64,000 bases of DNA, taken from positions 70,201 through 134,200 of the forward strand of contig DATHZQ010000091.1 in assembly GCA_035458525.1 (NCBI GenBank), written 5' to 3'. The translations under genes and the position numbers were made by a program. This DNA is from Acidimicrobiia bacterium (GTDB lineage: Bacteria; Actinomycetota; Acidimicrobiia; Spongiisociales; UBA5794). A model generated the notes under the pieces. That model worked only from the letters and a program-made list of their open reading frames with translations. It did no database searches and had not been told where the DNA came from. Positions 1-8,238 of this stretch are shown piece after piece (the stretch's first letter is position 1; every line of letters begins with the position of its first letter).

Positions 1-713
1 AGATACTGGGCGAGGTCGCCGTACGACGTCACCATCATCGGCTCGGTCTTCTTGGTCGTCCTCAGCTTGGCGCCCTTCGGTACGTCCCGGACGAGGAAGT
101 AGTACATGACGCCGTATACGCCCATCACGAGGCCGTTGATCGCCATCGCCCAGCGCCACGCGTCGTCGCCGAGCCCGAACCAGCCGTCCATGACGGTGAT
201 GGCGAACCACGGCAAGGTCATCGCGGCAAAAGCCGAGCCGAAGTTCCCCCAGCCGGCGTAGAAACCCTCGGCGCGGCCGATGTACTTCGGCGGGAACCAT
301 TGCGCCACCATCTTGATGCCGATGACGAAACCGGCGCCGACCGAGCTCAGGACCAGCCGGGCAATGAGCAGTTGCATGAACGAGTTGCCCATCGCAAAGG
401 CTACGGCCGGTATGGCCATGACGACCATGAGCCCGGAGAACACCACCCTGGCTCCGTAGCGGTCGATCAGCGCTCCCACCACGATCCGGGCCGGGATCGT
501 CAAGGCCACGTTGGCGATGAGCAGGATCTTGACGTGCTCTTCGGTGAGCCAGCCGACACTGTCGAGCATCGTCGTCGACAGCGGAGCCATGTTGAACCAT
601 ACGTAGAACGTCATGAAGAACGCGATCCACGTGTAGTGGAGCGTTCGGATGCGTTCTTGCTTGAAGTCGAGCAGCCTCGGTGCGCCCTCCTCCGTCCCAG
701 GTCTCAGCTCCAT
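1..713 (-). CDS. narK: Nitrate/nitrite MFS transporter (NarK/NNP family), N-terminal part; the ORF runs off the left edge of the window
   Basis: Absent from the ORF track because there is no stop inside the window. Reverse translation from ATG 713..711 gives MELRPGTEEGAPRLLDFKQERIRTLHYTWIAFFMTFYVWFNMAPLSTTMLDSVGW...GRAEGFYAGWGNFGSAFAAM. It is multi-TM and typical of nitrate/nitrite porters. A GGGAG Shine-Dalgarno lies 7 nt upstream. Confidence 0.8.
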   Translation of the reverse strand, partial: MELRPGTEEGAPRLLDFKQERIRTLHYTWIAFFMTFYVWFNMAPLSTTMLDSVGWLTEEHVKILLIANVALTIPARIVVGALIDRYGARVVFSGLMVVMAIPAVAFAMGNSFMQLLIARLVLSSVGAGFVIGIKMVAQWFPPKYIGRAEGFYAGWGNFGSAFAAMTLPWFAITVMDGWFGLGDDAWRWAMAINGLVMGVYGVMYYFLVRDVPKGAKLRTTKKTEPMMVTSYGDLAQY

Positions 714-730
714 ACAGCGACTCCCAGCCT

Positions 731-761
731 TTATTGATTTCTTGAGTCAAGAAATCAATAA
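731..761. promoter_or_regulatory. Perfect 31-bp AT-rich palindrome (15-1-15) immediately upstream of the narK RBS; candidate operator or 5' UTR hairpin
   Basis: ttattgatttcttga-g-tcaagaaatcaataa, with all 15 arm positions complementary. It is an AT-rich island in GC-rich DNA. It ends 18 nt before the narK ATG and overlaps the stop (749..747) of the upstream gene remnant. Confidence 0.6.
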
Positions 762-1302
762 GCGTCGATGCCGGGTAGAGGCGAAGGTCCTCCAACGTCC
801 CGTTGCCGGAACGACGCTGTGGTTCCCAGGAACCCCGTGGCGCTCAGTCGGCGGTGCGACGATCCTCGGACCGCCACCTCCGCCGCCCTCGACCGTGATG
901 GTCGGAAGGTTGCTCGCCGACTCGAACGCAAAGGTGACGGTGCCGCCGTCGGGAACCGTAGATGGGATGTTGGCGCCACCCAGCACGCCGCCGTCGCCGT
1001 AGTTCTCGTCCCACGATTTCGTTGATGGCGATCTTGGCCTCGTAGTCGCCTGCGGGTATGGCGCTGGTCGTGAAATCACCACGCCACACCCCGTCGCCGT
1101 TGGCCAAGAGGTCTGGATCGAGCTCGACGTCGGCGCAATCGGGCTGCCAATCGCCGGGACAACCGAGCGCAGCGTTGAAGCTGCCGGGCAAAGCAACACT
1201 GATTGGAGGCGTCGTGTGGTCGGCGACGGCCGTTGCGACCGGGGCAACGGTGATCAGCAGGACGATCGCGAGGAGCGCTCGCAACGGACGAGGAAGTTCC
1301 AT
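747..1302 (-). pseudogene. Secreted carbohydrate-binding-module-like protein remnant (amylase/pullulanase N-terminal type), frameshifted and without a catalytic domain
   Basis: A signal peptide MELPRPLRALLAIVLLITVAPVATAVA is followed by SVALPGSFNAALGCPGDWQPDCADVELD..GVWRGDFTTSAIPAGDYEAKIAINE (frame of ORF 844..1302). The sequence continues as SWDENYGDGGVLGGANIPSTVPDGGTVTFAFES in the frame of ORF 747..1247. The shift is at an A-run near 1017..1020. After a Gly6 run the reading frame degenerates. Confidence 0.6.
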
Positions 1303-1605
1303 CGTTCTCCGCTTCGGAAACGCTCGGTTTCCCCCCTGTTCCGCCTCCGAGGTCAGCCGACACGTCGAGGCCTACACATAGCTGCGAGCTGCAACCATCC
1401 GGCCACAAATGAGCCGCCGGACCCATGCTCTTTTTTTCCGGCGGGCTCCGGGTATTCGGTCCCTACTCACGGACGGCGGAAAGGCCCAAGATGGAACCAT
1501 ACGGAGAGTGACGGGGGGCGCTTGAAGTCCGGCTCAAATGCGGTCACCCGAGCCGGACCTAGCCAATGGTGAGACCGACCCGCATCTAGCGGCTGGGAGG
1601 TCGCC

Positions 1606-4443
1606 ATGGCGTTTGCTCGTACCTACCGAGTCATGGGGGCGCTCTTCCTCGTCGCGGGCATGCTGGTTGTTCCTGCAGTCCCCGCTGCAGGTGACGACGG
1701 CGTGGAATACCGAGGCAATCTCACGTGTGAGGACCTCGACGCAACGTGGACGACGCTCTACAAGGCCGACTTCGATGAAGGGGCTCCGGCATCAGGGAGT
1801 CACGGGCCCGTGACATGGGGCGTTCGCGACACGAGCAACGGTGAGGTGGTCGACTGGACCTCCACGACGCCCCTGATCGCCGTCCTCGTCAAAGGCGGGC
1901 CTGGTGGCTACGAATACGACTACTCCCCTGCCGGAACCAGCGGTGGAACCGGTCTCCATGCGTTGGAGCGACCGAGCGGCTCGTGGGCCGACATCAGCCA
2001 CGTGACGTTCTGCCAGGCGGAGCAACCACCGCCGGAGCCGGCGACGGTGACCGTCACCAAGCAGATGGTTCCTCCCGACGACAGCGTGGCCTTCACCTTC
2101 ACCTCGTCGCTCCCCGGGTTCCCAGTCGACTTGGGACACAACCAATCAGCAACGGCTGAGGTCGAGGCGGGCACGTACGCCGTCACCGAGGCAACCATCC
2201 CCGGCTGGATCCTGAGCGACATCGACTGCACGGGAGCAGGCGGCGCGGTCTCGGACCTCGGCACTGGGACCGTGAACGTGACCGTCGCCGCGGGCGACAA
2301 CGTCAACTGCACGTTCACCAACGAACAGGCACCGGAGCCCGAGCCGGCCACGCTCACGCTGGCCAAGGTCACCGACCCGGCGGACGACGACGTTTCGTTC
2401 CGCTTCTTCGGTCCGAACGGCTGGAAGCCCGTGCTCGGACACGGCGACTCGTCGACGATCGAAGTCGAGCCGGGCACGTACACGATGCGTGAGAAGTTCG
2501 ATCACGCGTGGGATCTCACGTCGATCGTCTGTGATGGAGGCGATCCTGCGATCGACCTCGCCGGCGGCACGGCGACCGTCACGGTCGGCGACGGAGACCA
2601 CGTCACGTGCACCTACACGAACACCGTGACCTGCCCGCAGCACGGCTACATCGCCATCGAGAAGTACACGGATCCGGTCGATGAGACGGTCCCGTTTGCG
2701 TTCACGTCCGATGCGGTGAGCCGCGAAGGCGATCCGTTCCTGCCGGTGCTCAACCACGGCGATTCGGACTACGTGATGGTGCAGCCCGGCACCTACTCGA
2801 TCACCGAGTTGGGGGTCCCGGGCTGGACACTGGGCAGCGTGGTCTGCGACGACCCTGATTCTGTCGTCGACCTGGCGACGGCCACCGCGACGGTGACGGT
2901 CTCCTCGGACGAGCTGGCCACGTGCGTGTTCACCAACAACGCCATCGACGAGCCCGACCCGGGCGAGCTCGTGATCCGCAAGTCAACGGACCCGCGAGGT
3001 TCGAGCGAGACGTGGACCTTCACCTCGGACATCGCCGGTTTCGAGCCAGTGCTCGGGGACGGCGAGTCGGCGTCGGTCTCCGTCGACGCGGGCACGTACA
3101 CGGTCACCGAGCAGCTCGACCAGAACTGGAAGCTCACAAACCTGACCTGCACGGATCCGGAAGCGGAGATCGACCTGGCAGCCGGTTCGGCAACCGTGGT
3201 CATCCCCGCGGGCGAGACCGTGACGTGCACCTACACCAACACGAGGATCCCAGAGCCGGAGCCGGCCACCATCGTCATCGAGAAAGAGACCGACCCGGTC
3301 GGGTCGCCGGATGAGTTCGGATTCCTGGTGATCGCAGGCGAGGACATGGTGATCCACGAAGCCGAGTTGTCGGATGGAGAACGTGTCGCCGTCGAGGTCG
3401 ATCCCGGCTCCTATGCCATCTACGAGGTCTTCCATCCCGATTGGGACCTGGCCGCGATCAGCTGCAGCCCCGACGGGGACGTCAGCATCGATCGGAGAAC
3501 GGCTCGCGTCGCCGTCGATGCCGGCGAAACGGTCACCTGCACCTTCACGAACGCGCGGGTGCCCGAGACACCGCCGGGGCGGGTCATCGTCGAGAAGGTC
3601 ACCGAGCCTGCGGGGGCCGACCAAGCGTTCGAGTTCACCGTGATGATGGGTGACGGCTCGATGTTCGACGGACCACTCCGCGACGGCGAGTCCGTCACGG
3701 TCGAGTTCACGACGCCGGATCGCATCTTCAACACCAAGTACGTGGAGATCGGGGAGATGTGGGTCGACGGTTGGAGGACCACCGACATCACCTGTGACGC
3801 CGATCCCGTCGTGCTCAGCCTGGAGAACTCCTACGTCGGACTCGAGGTCGATCCCGGGGAGACGGTGACTTGCACGTTCACCAACACGCAGGAAACACCG
3901 CGGCCGCTCGGGTCGATCGGCGACTTCGTGTGGAACGACGTCAATCGGAACGGGGTGCAGGATCCGGACGAACCCGGGATCCCCGGCGTCCGAGTCAACC
4001 TGTACGCCCCGCCGGGCGCGGCGCTCGGATCGCACGCCGCCGTGGCGAGCGCGCAGGCCACGACAGACGGCTTGACGTTGCTGGCGACGACCAAGACCGA
4101 CAGCGCCGGCAAGTACCTGTTCAGCGATCTCCCGGCGGGCGACTACGTCGTGGAGTTCACGGGAGTGCCGACGGGCTACAACTTCACCACGCCATTCGCC
4201 GCCGCTCGCACGATCGACAGCGACGCAGGAACGACAGACGGGCGCACCCCGGTGATGGTGCTGGCCGAGGGGTTCCACGACACGACCTGCGATGCAGGCC
4301 TCTATATCGTGAAAGGGCCGACCGGCGAGATCCTCCCGGTGACCGGGGCCGATCTCATGCAACCGCTGGTTGCGGGCACGGCGCTGCTTGCGCTTGGTCT
4401 GGTGCTCGTCGCTGCCACCCGGCCACGCCGCCAGACGGTGTGA
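1606..4443 (+). CDS. Sortase-anchored (LPXTG) cell-surface protein: signal peptide, N-terminal domain, six tandem ~100-aa Cys-pair Ig/prealbumin-like domains, SdrD B-like domain, LPVTG sorting signal
   Basis: A GGGAGG RBS lies 5 nt before the ATG. The N-terminus is MAFARTYRVMGALFLVAGMLVVPAVPAAG. Repeats end in C(T/V)(F/Y)TN. The stretch GDFVWNDVNRNGVQDPDEPGIPGVRVNLY...TDSAGKYLFSDLPAGDYVVEF is SdrD-B-like. The C-terminus is LPVTG (4333..4347) plus a hydrophobic stretch plus RPRRQTV. Confidence 0.9.
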   Translation: MAFARTYRVMGALFLVAGMLVVPAVPAAGDDGVEYRGNLTCEDLDATWTTLYKADFDEGAPASGSHGPVTWGVRDTSNGEVVDWTSTTPLIAVLVKGGPGGYEYDYSPAGTSGGTGLHALERPSGSWADISHVTFCQAEQPPPEPATVTVTKQMVPPDDSVAFTFTSSLPGFPVDLGHNQSATAEVEAGTYAVTEATIPGWILSDIDCTGAGGAVSDLGTGTVNVTVAAGDNVNCTFTNEQAPEPEPATLTLAKVTDPADDDVSFRFFGPNGWKPVLGHGDSSTIEVEPGTYTMREKFDHAWDLTSIVCDGGDPAIDLAGGTATVTVGDGDHVTCTYTNTVTCPQHGYIAIEKYTDPVDETVPFAFTSDAVSREGDPFLPVLNHGDSDYVMVQPGTYSITELGVPGWTLGSVVCDDPDSVVDLATATATVTVSSDELATCVFTNNAIDEPDPGELVIRKSTDPRGSSETWTFTSDIAGFEPVLGDGESASVSVDAGTYTVTEQLDQNWKLTNLTCTDPEAEIDLAAGSATVVIPAGETVTCTYTNTRIPEPEPATIVIEKETDPVGSPDEFGFLVIAGEDMVIHEAELSDGERVAVEVDPGSYAIYEVFHPDWDLAAISCSPDGDVSIDRRTARVAVDAGETVTCTFTNARVPETPPGRVIVEKVTEPAGADQAFEFTVMMGDGSMFDGPLRDGESVTVEFTTPDRIFNTKYVEIGEMWVDGWRTTDITCDADPVVLSLENSYVGLEVDPGETVTCTFTNTQETPRPLGSIGDFVWNDVNRNGVQDPDEPGIPGVRVNLYAPPGAALGSHAAVASAQATTDGLTLLATTKTDSAGKYLFSDLPAGDYVVEFTGVPTGYNFTTPFAAARTIDSDAGTTDGRTPVMVLAEGFHDTTCDAGLYIVKGPTGEILPVTGADLMQPLVAGTALLALGLVLVAATRPRRQTV
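2035..3891 (+). repeat. Six tandem coding repeats (~310 nt each) inside the surface-protein gene
   Basis: Units start at (P)EPATVTVTK, EPEPATLTLAK, GYIAIEK, PGELVIRK, EPEPATIVIEK and PPGRVIVEK. Each has a G(T/S)Y.(V/I)TE core and two conserved Cys, and each ends CTFTN, CTYTN or CVFTN. Confidence 0.8.
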
Positions 4444-4456
4444 CCGCATGACGCCC

Positions 4457-4483
4457 GGCGGGGGCTGCCGAGCAGCCCCCGCC
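4457..4483. terminator. GC-rich hairpin between convergent genes (candidate bidirectional terminator)
   Basis: ggcgggggctgc-cga-gcagcccccgcc gives a 12-bp perfect stem with a 3-nt loop. It lies between the stop at 4443 (+) and the stop at 4489 (-). There is no clear U-tract. Confidence 0.55.
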
Positions 4484-4488
4484 CGGTG

Positions 4489-4959
4489 TCAATAACGCGT
4501 CAACGCTCGGAGAACGGGCCGCCAGCCGGCACGCAGCTTGGCCGTCGTCTTGCCGTCCGGTCCGATGATCTCGGCTTCGACGACGAGTTCCGTCGACTTC
4601 CGCTCCACGAGACGGCCCACGAGACGAACAGGAGTCTCGACGGGTGTGGGCCTGCTGAGGGCAACGTCCAGGCGGTAGGTGAGGAAGGGAGGGTGCTCGG
4701 CCCAGTCGTAGCCGTGGAGCTCGTTCACCAAAACGGCTCCGGTGTGACAGTCGAGCAACGTCGTCACCACGCCGCCATTGGCGATGCCGTAGCCGTTCTC
4801 GTGTGTCGCAGGAATGACGACGTCGGCCGTGACGACCTCGCCGTCAGGGAAGCTGCGAAGACCCAGACCCACCGGGTTCGCCGGCCCACACCCGAAGCAC
4901 ATCCCCTCCGGGTTGTGCTGTTCCTGAATGCTGGTCGTGCCGCTTGCCTCGCCCGCCAT
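4489..4959 (-). CDS. PaaI-family hotdog-fold thioesterase
   Basis: MAGEASGTTSIQEQHNPEGMCFGCGPANPVGLGL...HENGYGIANGGVVTTLLDCHTGAV. The CFGCG motif and the GG..TLLD core are typical of PaaI / 4HBT-type thioesterases. Confidence 0.8.
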   Translation of the reverse strand: MAGEASGTTSIQEQHNPEGMCFGCGPANPVGLGLRSFPDGEVVTADVVIPATHENGYGIANGGVVTTLLDCHTGAVLVNELHGYDWAEHPPFLTYRLDVALSRPTPVETPVRLVGRLVERKSTELVVEAEIIGPDGKTTAKLRAGWRPVLRALTRY

Positions 4960-4998
4960 GTCCCCTCCCGAGAAGCTTCCGCGACGGTAGCGGGAGAC

Positions 4999-5238
4999 TC
5001 ACTCGTAGGCCACGGCACGGTCGATCCGCTCGTGCACCGTTTCCATGAGTGCCACTTCGAGTTTCCGCAACAATCGAGCCGTCACCAGGTCACAAGCCCA
5101 ACCGTCGATCGAGCCGTCATCGTGGCGCACCGCCCGCGCCTTCGCCTCGATCACGCCACTGGCTGCGTGTAAGGAGGCCACTCCCTCGACGGCATTCCCC
5201 ACCATGGACAGATCGATCGTGAGCGCTACCTCCGCCAT
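4999..5238 (-). CDS. Small hypothetical protein (79 aa)
   Basis: An internal ATG (aa 35 of ORF 4999..5340) is preceded by AAGGAGG. The protein MAEVALTIDLSMVGNAVEGVASLHAASGVIEAK... sits between the mtfA-like and paaI-like genes on the same strand. I recognise no family. Confidence 0.5.
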   Translation of the reverse strand: MAEVALTIDLSMVGNAVEGVASLHAASGVIEAKARAVRHDDGSIDGWACDLVTARLLRKLEVALMETVHERIDRAVAYE

Positions 5239-5340
5239 CGGGCCTCCTTTGCAGGCTGCCTCGTATCGTCCCCAACGGACGGCGTCGCAGAGTAGAGGCC
5301 GGAGGTCCCAGGCGCGGCACGATCGGGCTCGATCCGGCAC

Positions 5341-6081
5341 TCACTCGGGACGGCGTTGCGACGGGTCCTGCCGGAAGAAGCCGGCGAGCTGCCGGTACAG
5401 CGCGGGGTACCGGCGCATGAGCTCGGTGGGGCGTGTGAAGAACCGTTCGGTGGCAACGGCGAACAGCTCGCCGTGATTCGTCGTTGCGTAGCGTCCGAAA
5501 AAGAGGTCGATCTCCGCGATGAGCCCGGCGTAGACGGCTTGGAGCGTCTGTTGCCATTCCAGCTCTGCGGGCCTCCCACCCAGGGGCGGCATGCCGTCCA
5601 CCACGCCGTCCACCAAGTCGAGCCGGTGCGCCAGCTCGTGAATCGCGACGTTGCGACCGCGCTCGGGAAATCGGGAACCGGTGTCGACTGCCTTCCACAC
5701 GAGAACGACCGGACCGCCCCGCGTCGTCTCACCATGGATCGTCAGGGGCCCCGCCGAGGAAACCCCGCTGCCGAGATTGCGAACGCCACGGCGCACGATG
5801 GTGGTCGGATACAGCACCACCGAGCTCACGTCGGAGAAGGGATCCCTGTCGAATCCGAGCGTCATCAGCGCAGCGTGGGCGCCCACCACGATTTGCGCGG
5901 TCGGATCTACCTCCATCCCAATGCCCTCCCACCGGCAACCGCCGATGAAGCGCACACAGCCTTCGAGCAGGCGATCCTGGCCGGCCGCGTCGAGGTCCCT
6001 CCACAACGCCACCCGATCATCCAGCACGCGCCGCATCTCGGTTGGAGCGATCGACAAAGGCTTGCGACGCCTCGAGAACAT
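5341..6081 (-). CDS. mtfA: MtfA-like zinc metallopeptidase (peptidase M90 family)
   Basis: HELAH (HExxH) is followed by LDLVDGVVDGMPPL, and the C-terminal stretch YATTNHGELFAVATERFFTRPTELMRRYPALYRQLAGFFRQDP closely mirrors E. coli MtfA. Start chosen at Met22 (MFSRRRKPL). Confidence 0.85.
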   Translation of the reverse strand: MFSRRRKPLSIAPTEMRRVLDDRVALWRDLDAAGQDRLLEGCVRFIGGCRWEGIGMEVDPTAQIVVGAHAALMTLGFDRDPFSDVSSVVLYPTTIVRRGVRNLGSGVSSAGPLTIHGETTRGGPVVLVWKAVDTGSRFPERGRNVAIHELAHRLDLVDGVVDGMPPLGGRPAELEWQQTLQAVYAGLIAEIDLFFGRYATTNHGELFAVATERFFTRPTELMRRYPALYRQLAGFFRQDPSQRRPE

Positions 6082-6217
6082 GCCATGACGGTAGGCACAA
6101 TCCGCACCGGCGACCGCACTGGGCGACCTCGAGGCCACGATCACAATGGGCCGAGCGACTCTTGGTGTACCAGCAGAGAGTCGTCACACTGGTCGACAGG
6201 CCAGACACTAGACAGAG

Positions 6218-7264
6218 GTGATCGACGTGCCCATTCGACGAGGGGCGATGCTGATCGCCGTCTTTGCATTGCTAGCGGCCGCCTGTGGAGGCGGCGACGC
6301 AAGCGATACCGGGACGGCGTCAGACGACGAAACGAGAACAACCGCCGTAACCGAAACGACGGTTGCAGAGACGACAACGACCGCTGCCGCGGAAACGACG
6401 ACGACCGCCGCGCCGGAAACGACGACCACTGCGGTCGATCCGACGACGACAACCGTCGCCGGTGACACGCTTGCATTCAGCGAGCTCGACAGCGCCTTCG
6501 TCAAGACGAGCGAGATCGACGCGGCCCGCATGGAGGGATCGATCGTCATCGCCGGCATCGAAGGCCTCCCGAGCGGCACCGAGTTTGCCATGCCCTTCTC
6601 AGGAGCCTTCGACAACGCCACCGGGGCCTTCTCGTTCACCATGGACCTGAGCGGCATCGCAGCCGCCGCAGGCGAGGAGATTCCTGCCGAATTCGGGGAC
6701 CTGTTCTCGGAGATGGAGATCCGCACCATCGGCGACGTCGCCTACATGCGGTTCCCCTTCTTCAGCGCGTTCCTCGGAGTCGAGACCGAGTGGATCAAGA
6801 TCCCCGCAGATGAGGCCGGCTCTGCAGCCGGCGGCTTCTCCGGCGGCGTGAGCCCGGCGAACCCCACCGGCTCGCTCGACGCATTCCGCGATGCCGATGC
6901 GAAGGTGTCCGAGCTCGGACGCGAAGAGGTCCGCGGCGTCGAGACGACTCGCTATCTCGTCCTGATCGACATGGAGCAGCTGCTCGCCAATGCCACACCC
7001 GAAGAGCGTGCGGAGCTCGAAGCGCAGGGCCCGCTGCCCTTCGACGAGCTGCCGTTGCAGCTGTGGATCGGCGACGACGACCTCATCTATCGCTACGTGA
7101 TGGACATCTCGGGCGACTCCGTCGATGCTGCCCCGGGTGAGGGCTTCGAGCGGATGACGATGACGTTCGACATCTACGACTACGGCGCAACGATAGAGAT
7201 CGAAGAACCGCCTGCCGCGGACGTGACCGACGCCGAAGAACTCGGCGGCCTGTTCGACTTCTAG
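6218..7264 (+). CDS. Secreted protein or lipoprotein with a Thr-rich linker and a LolA/LprG-like globular domain (putative)
   Basis: GTG start. The signal is MLIAVFALLAAAC-GGG. The linker is TTAVTETTVAETTTTAAAETTTTAAPETTTTAVDPTTTT. The acidic beta-rich C-terminal domain precedes the LprG-like gene on the same strand. Confidence 0.7.
   Translation: MIDVPIRRGAMLIAVFALLAAACGGGDASDTGTASDDETRTTAVTETTVAETTTTAAAETTTTAAPETTTTAVDPTTTTVAGDTLAFSELDSAFVKTSEIDAARMEGSIVIAGIEGLPSGTEFAMPFSGAFDNATGAFSFTMDLSGIAAAAGEEIPAEFGDLFSEMEIRTIGDVAYMRFPFFSAFLGVETEWIKIPADEAGSAAGGFSGGVSPANPTGSLDAFRDADAKVSELGREEVRGVETTRYLVLIDMEQLLANATPEERAELEAQGPLPFDELPLQLWIGDDDLIYRYVMDISGDSVDAAPGEGFERMTMTFDIYDYGATIEIEEPPAADVTDAEELGGLFDF
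6329..6457 (+). repeat. Thr/Ala/Glu low-complexity coding repeat (imperfect ~24-nt units, gaaacgacgacgaccgc-like)
   Basis: AETTTTAA occurs three times in tandem at the protein level, with matching imperfect DNA repeats. Confidence 0.55.
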
Positions 7265-7269
7265 GGAAT

Positions 7270-7293
7270 TCGCTCGAAACAGGCTTCGAGCGA
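7270..7293 (+). terminator. Hairpin 6 nt after the lipoprotein stop (candidate terminator or attenuator)
   Basis: tcgctcgaa-acaggc-ttcgagcga gives a perfect 9-bp stem. It is followed by gttgcatgcg, a weak U-tract. Confidence 0.45.
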
Positions 7294-7510
7294 GTTGCAT
7301 GCGACCCGGAGCGGTGCTCGGGGTCGAACCGGTTGTCGGCCCTACAGGCCGGCAACGCTCCCCCTCCTCGGCCGCCCATCGCTTCGCTTGCGAACTCGGT
7401 ATCCCGATGTTGATCGGGCGGAGAGGGCTTGGACGGCCGAGGGGCTCAGGATCTCGCGGAGAAAGTCCCGGCATACCGGTATCGTGCGGGGAGCCGCGTT
7501 TGAGGAGACT

Positions 7511-8236
7511 GTGCGCCGTTTCGGACTGTCGATGCTCGCCGTCGTCGCGCTTGCGGCGGCCGTTGCGGGCTGCGGCGGTGACGCCGAAGCGACGGGGCCC
7601 ACGTTGGCTCCTGACGTTGCTGGGCTGCTGGCTGCATCCGCCACCACCATGGGTGAGGTGGACACCGTGCGTTTCACCATCGAGCGCGGTGGCGCTCCCG
7701 TGTACATCGACCCTCTCGATGCGCTGGAGTTCGTCAGTGCGGAGGGCCGCTACGAGGGCCCATCTTCGGCAGACGCCGTCGTCGTGGTGGCCGTCGGAGA
7801 CCTCCGCGCCCAAGTCGGCGCAGTAGCCATCGATGGCGACACCTGGATCACCAACCCCATCACTGGTGATTGGGAACCAACCCCGGAGGGCTATGCCTTC
7901 GATCCGGCGACCTTGTTCGATCCCGATCTCGGCTGGCGGCCGTTGCTGGCGAGCGAGCTGTCGGAGCCCGAGCTCGTCGGACTCGAGTCGGTGGATGGCG
8001 GGGACTTGTACCACGTGCGGGGCCTCGCCTCGGAGGACCGCATCGAGGTGATCACGGCCGGGCTGGTGAGCCAGGACGTGGTGCTCGACCTGTGGCTCGA
8101 CCCGGTCGACGGCGCGGTCCGGATTGCCGAGTTCCCGACGATCTACCGCGGCGATGAGAGCGACTGGTCGCTCGTCTTCTTCGATTACGGGGAGCCCCTC
8201 GAGATCACCGTGCCGGATCTCGACGACGGGAGCTGA
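7511..8236 (+). CDS. lprG: LppX/LprAFG-family lipoprotein (LprG-like)
   Basis: The GTG start has a GAGGAG RBS. The lipobox is AAAVAG-C-GG. The mature domain (GEVDTVRFTIERGG...IDGDTWITNPITGDWE...FDPATLFDPDLG...GGDLYHVRG) matches the LprG layout. It sits directly upstream of an MFS gene, as in the mycobacterial lprG-Rv1410c operon. Confidence 0.7.
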   Translation: MRRFGLSMLAVVALAAAVAGCGGDAEATGPTLAPDVAGLLAASATTMGEVDTVRFTIERGGAPVYIDPLDALEFVSAEGRYEGPSSADAVVVVAVGDLRAQVGAVAIDGDTWITNPITGDWEPTPEGYAFDPATLFDPDLGWRPLLASELSEPELVGLESVDGGDLYHVRGLASEDRIEVITAGLVSQDVVLDLWLDPVDGAVRIAEFPTIYRGDESDWSLVFFDYGEPLEITVPDLDDGS

Positions 8237-8238
8237 GT

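Noticed and set aside
300-737. 145-aa plus-strand ORF (MRHHLDADDETGADRAQ...)
   Set aside because: It lies antisense to the clearly coding narK sequence. Its composition is His/Arg/Asp-rich junk and it has no RBS. It is a shadow ORF typical of GC-rich DNA.
731-761. Canonical FNR or CRP box upstream of narK
   Set aside because: TTGAT and ATCAA are present, but they are separated by 15 nt rather than 4. There is no TGTGA-N6-TCACA. I therefore report it only as an unassigned palindrome.
2983-4449. 488-aa minus-strand ORF, plus similar long ORFs at 6599..8260 (-), 8124..10079 (+), 8257..9924 (-), 31626..33092 (-), 50150..51460 (-) and 59763..61232 (-)
   Set aside because: All overlap confidently assigned genes on the other strand or in another frame. 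All are extremely Arg/Gly/Ala/Pro/His-rich with no domain signatures. They are GC-driven shadow ORFs.
7319-7356. tRNA-like fragment (ggggtcgaaccgg, reminiscent of a T-arm) in the lipoprotein/lprG intergenic region
   Set aside because: It lacks the GTTCGAATC/TTCRANY loop consensus. I could not build an acceptor stem, an anticodon arm or a D-arm around it. The local hairpin (7332..7356) is better explained as a simple stem-loop.
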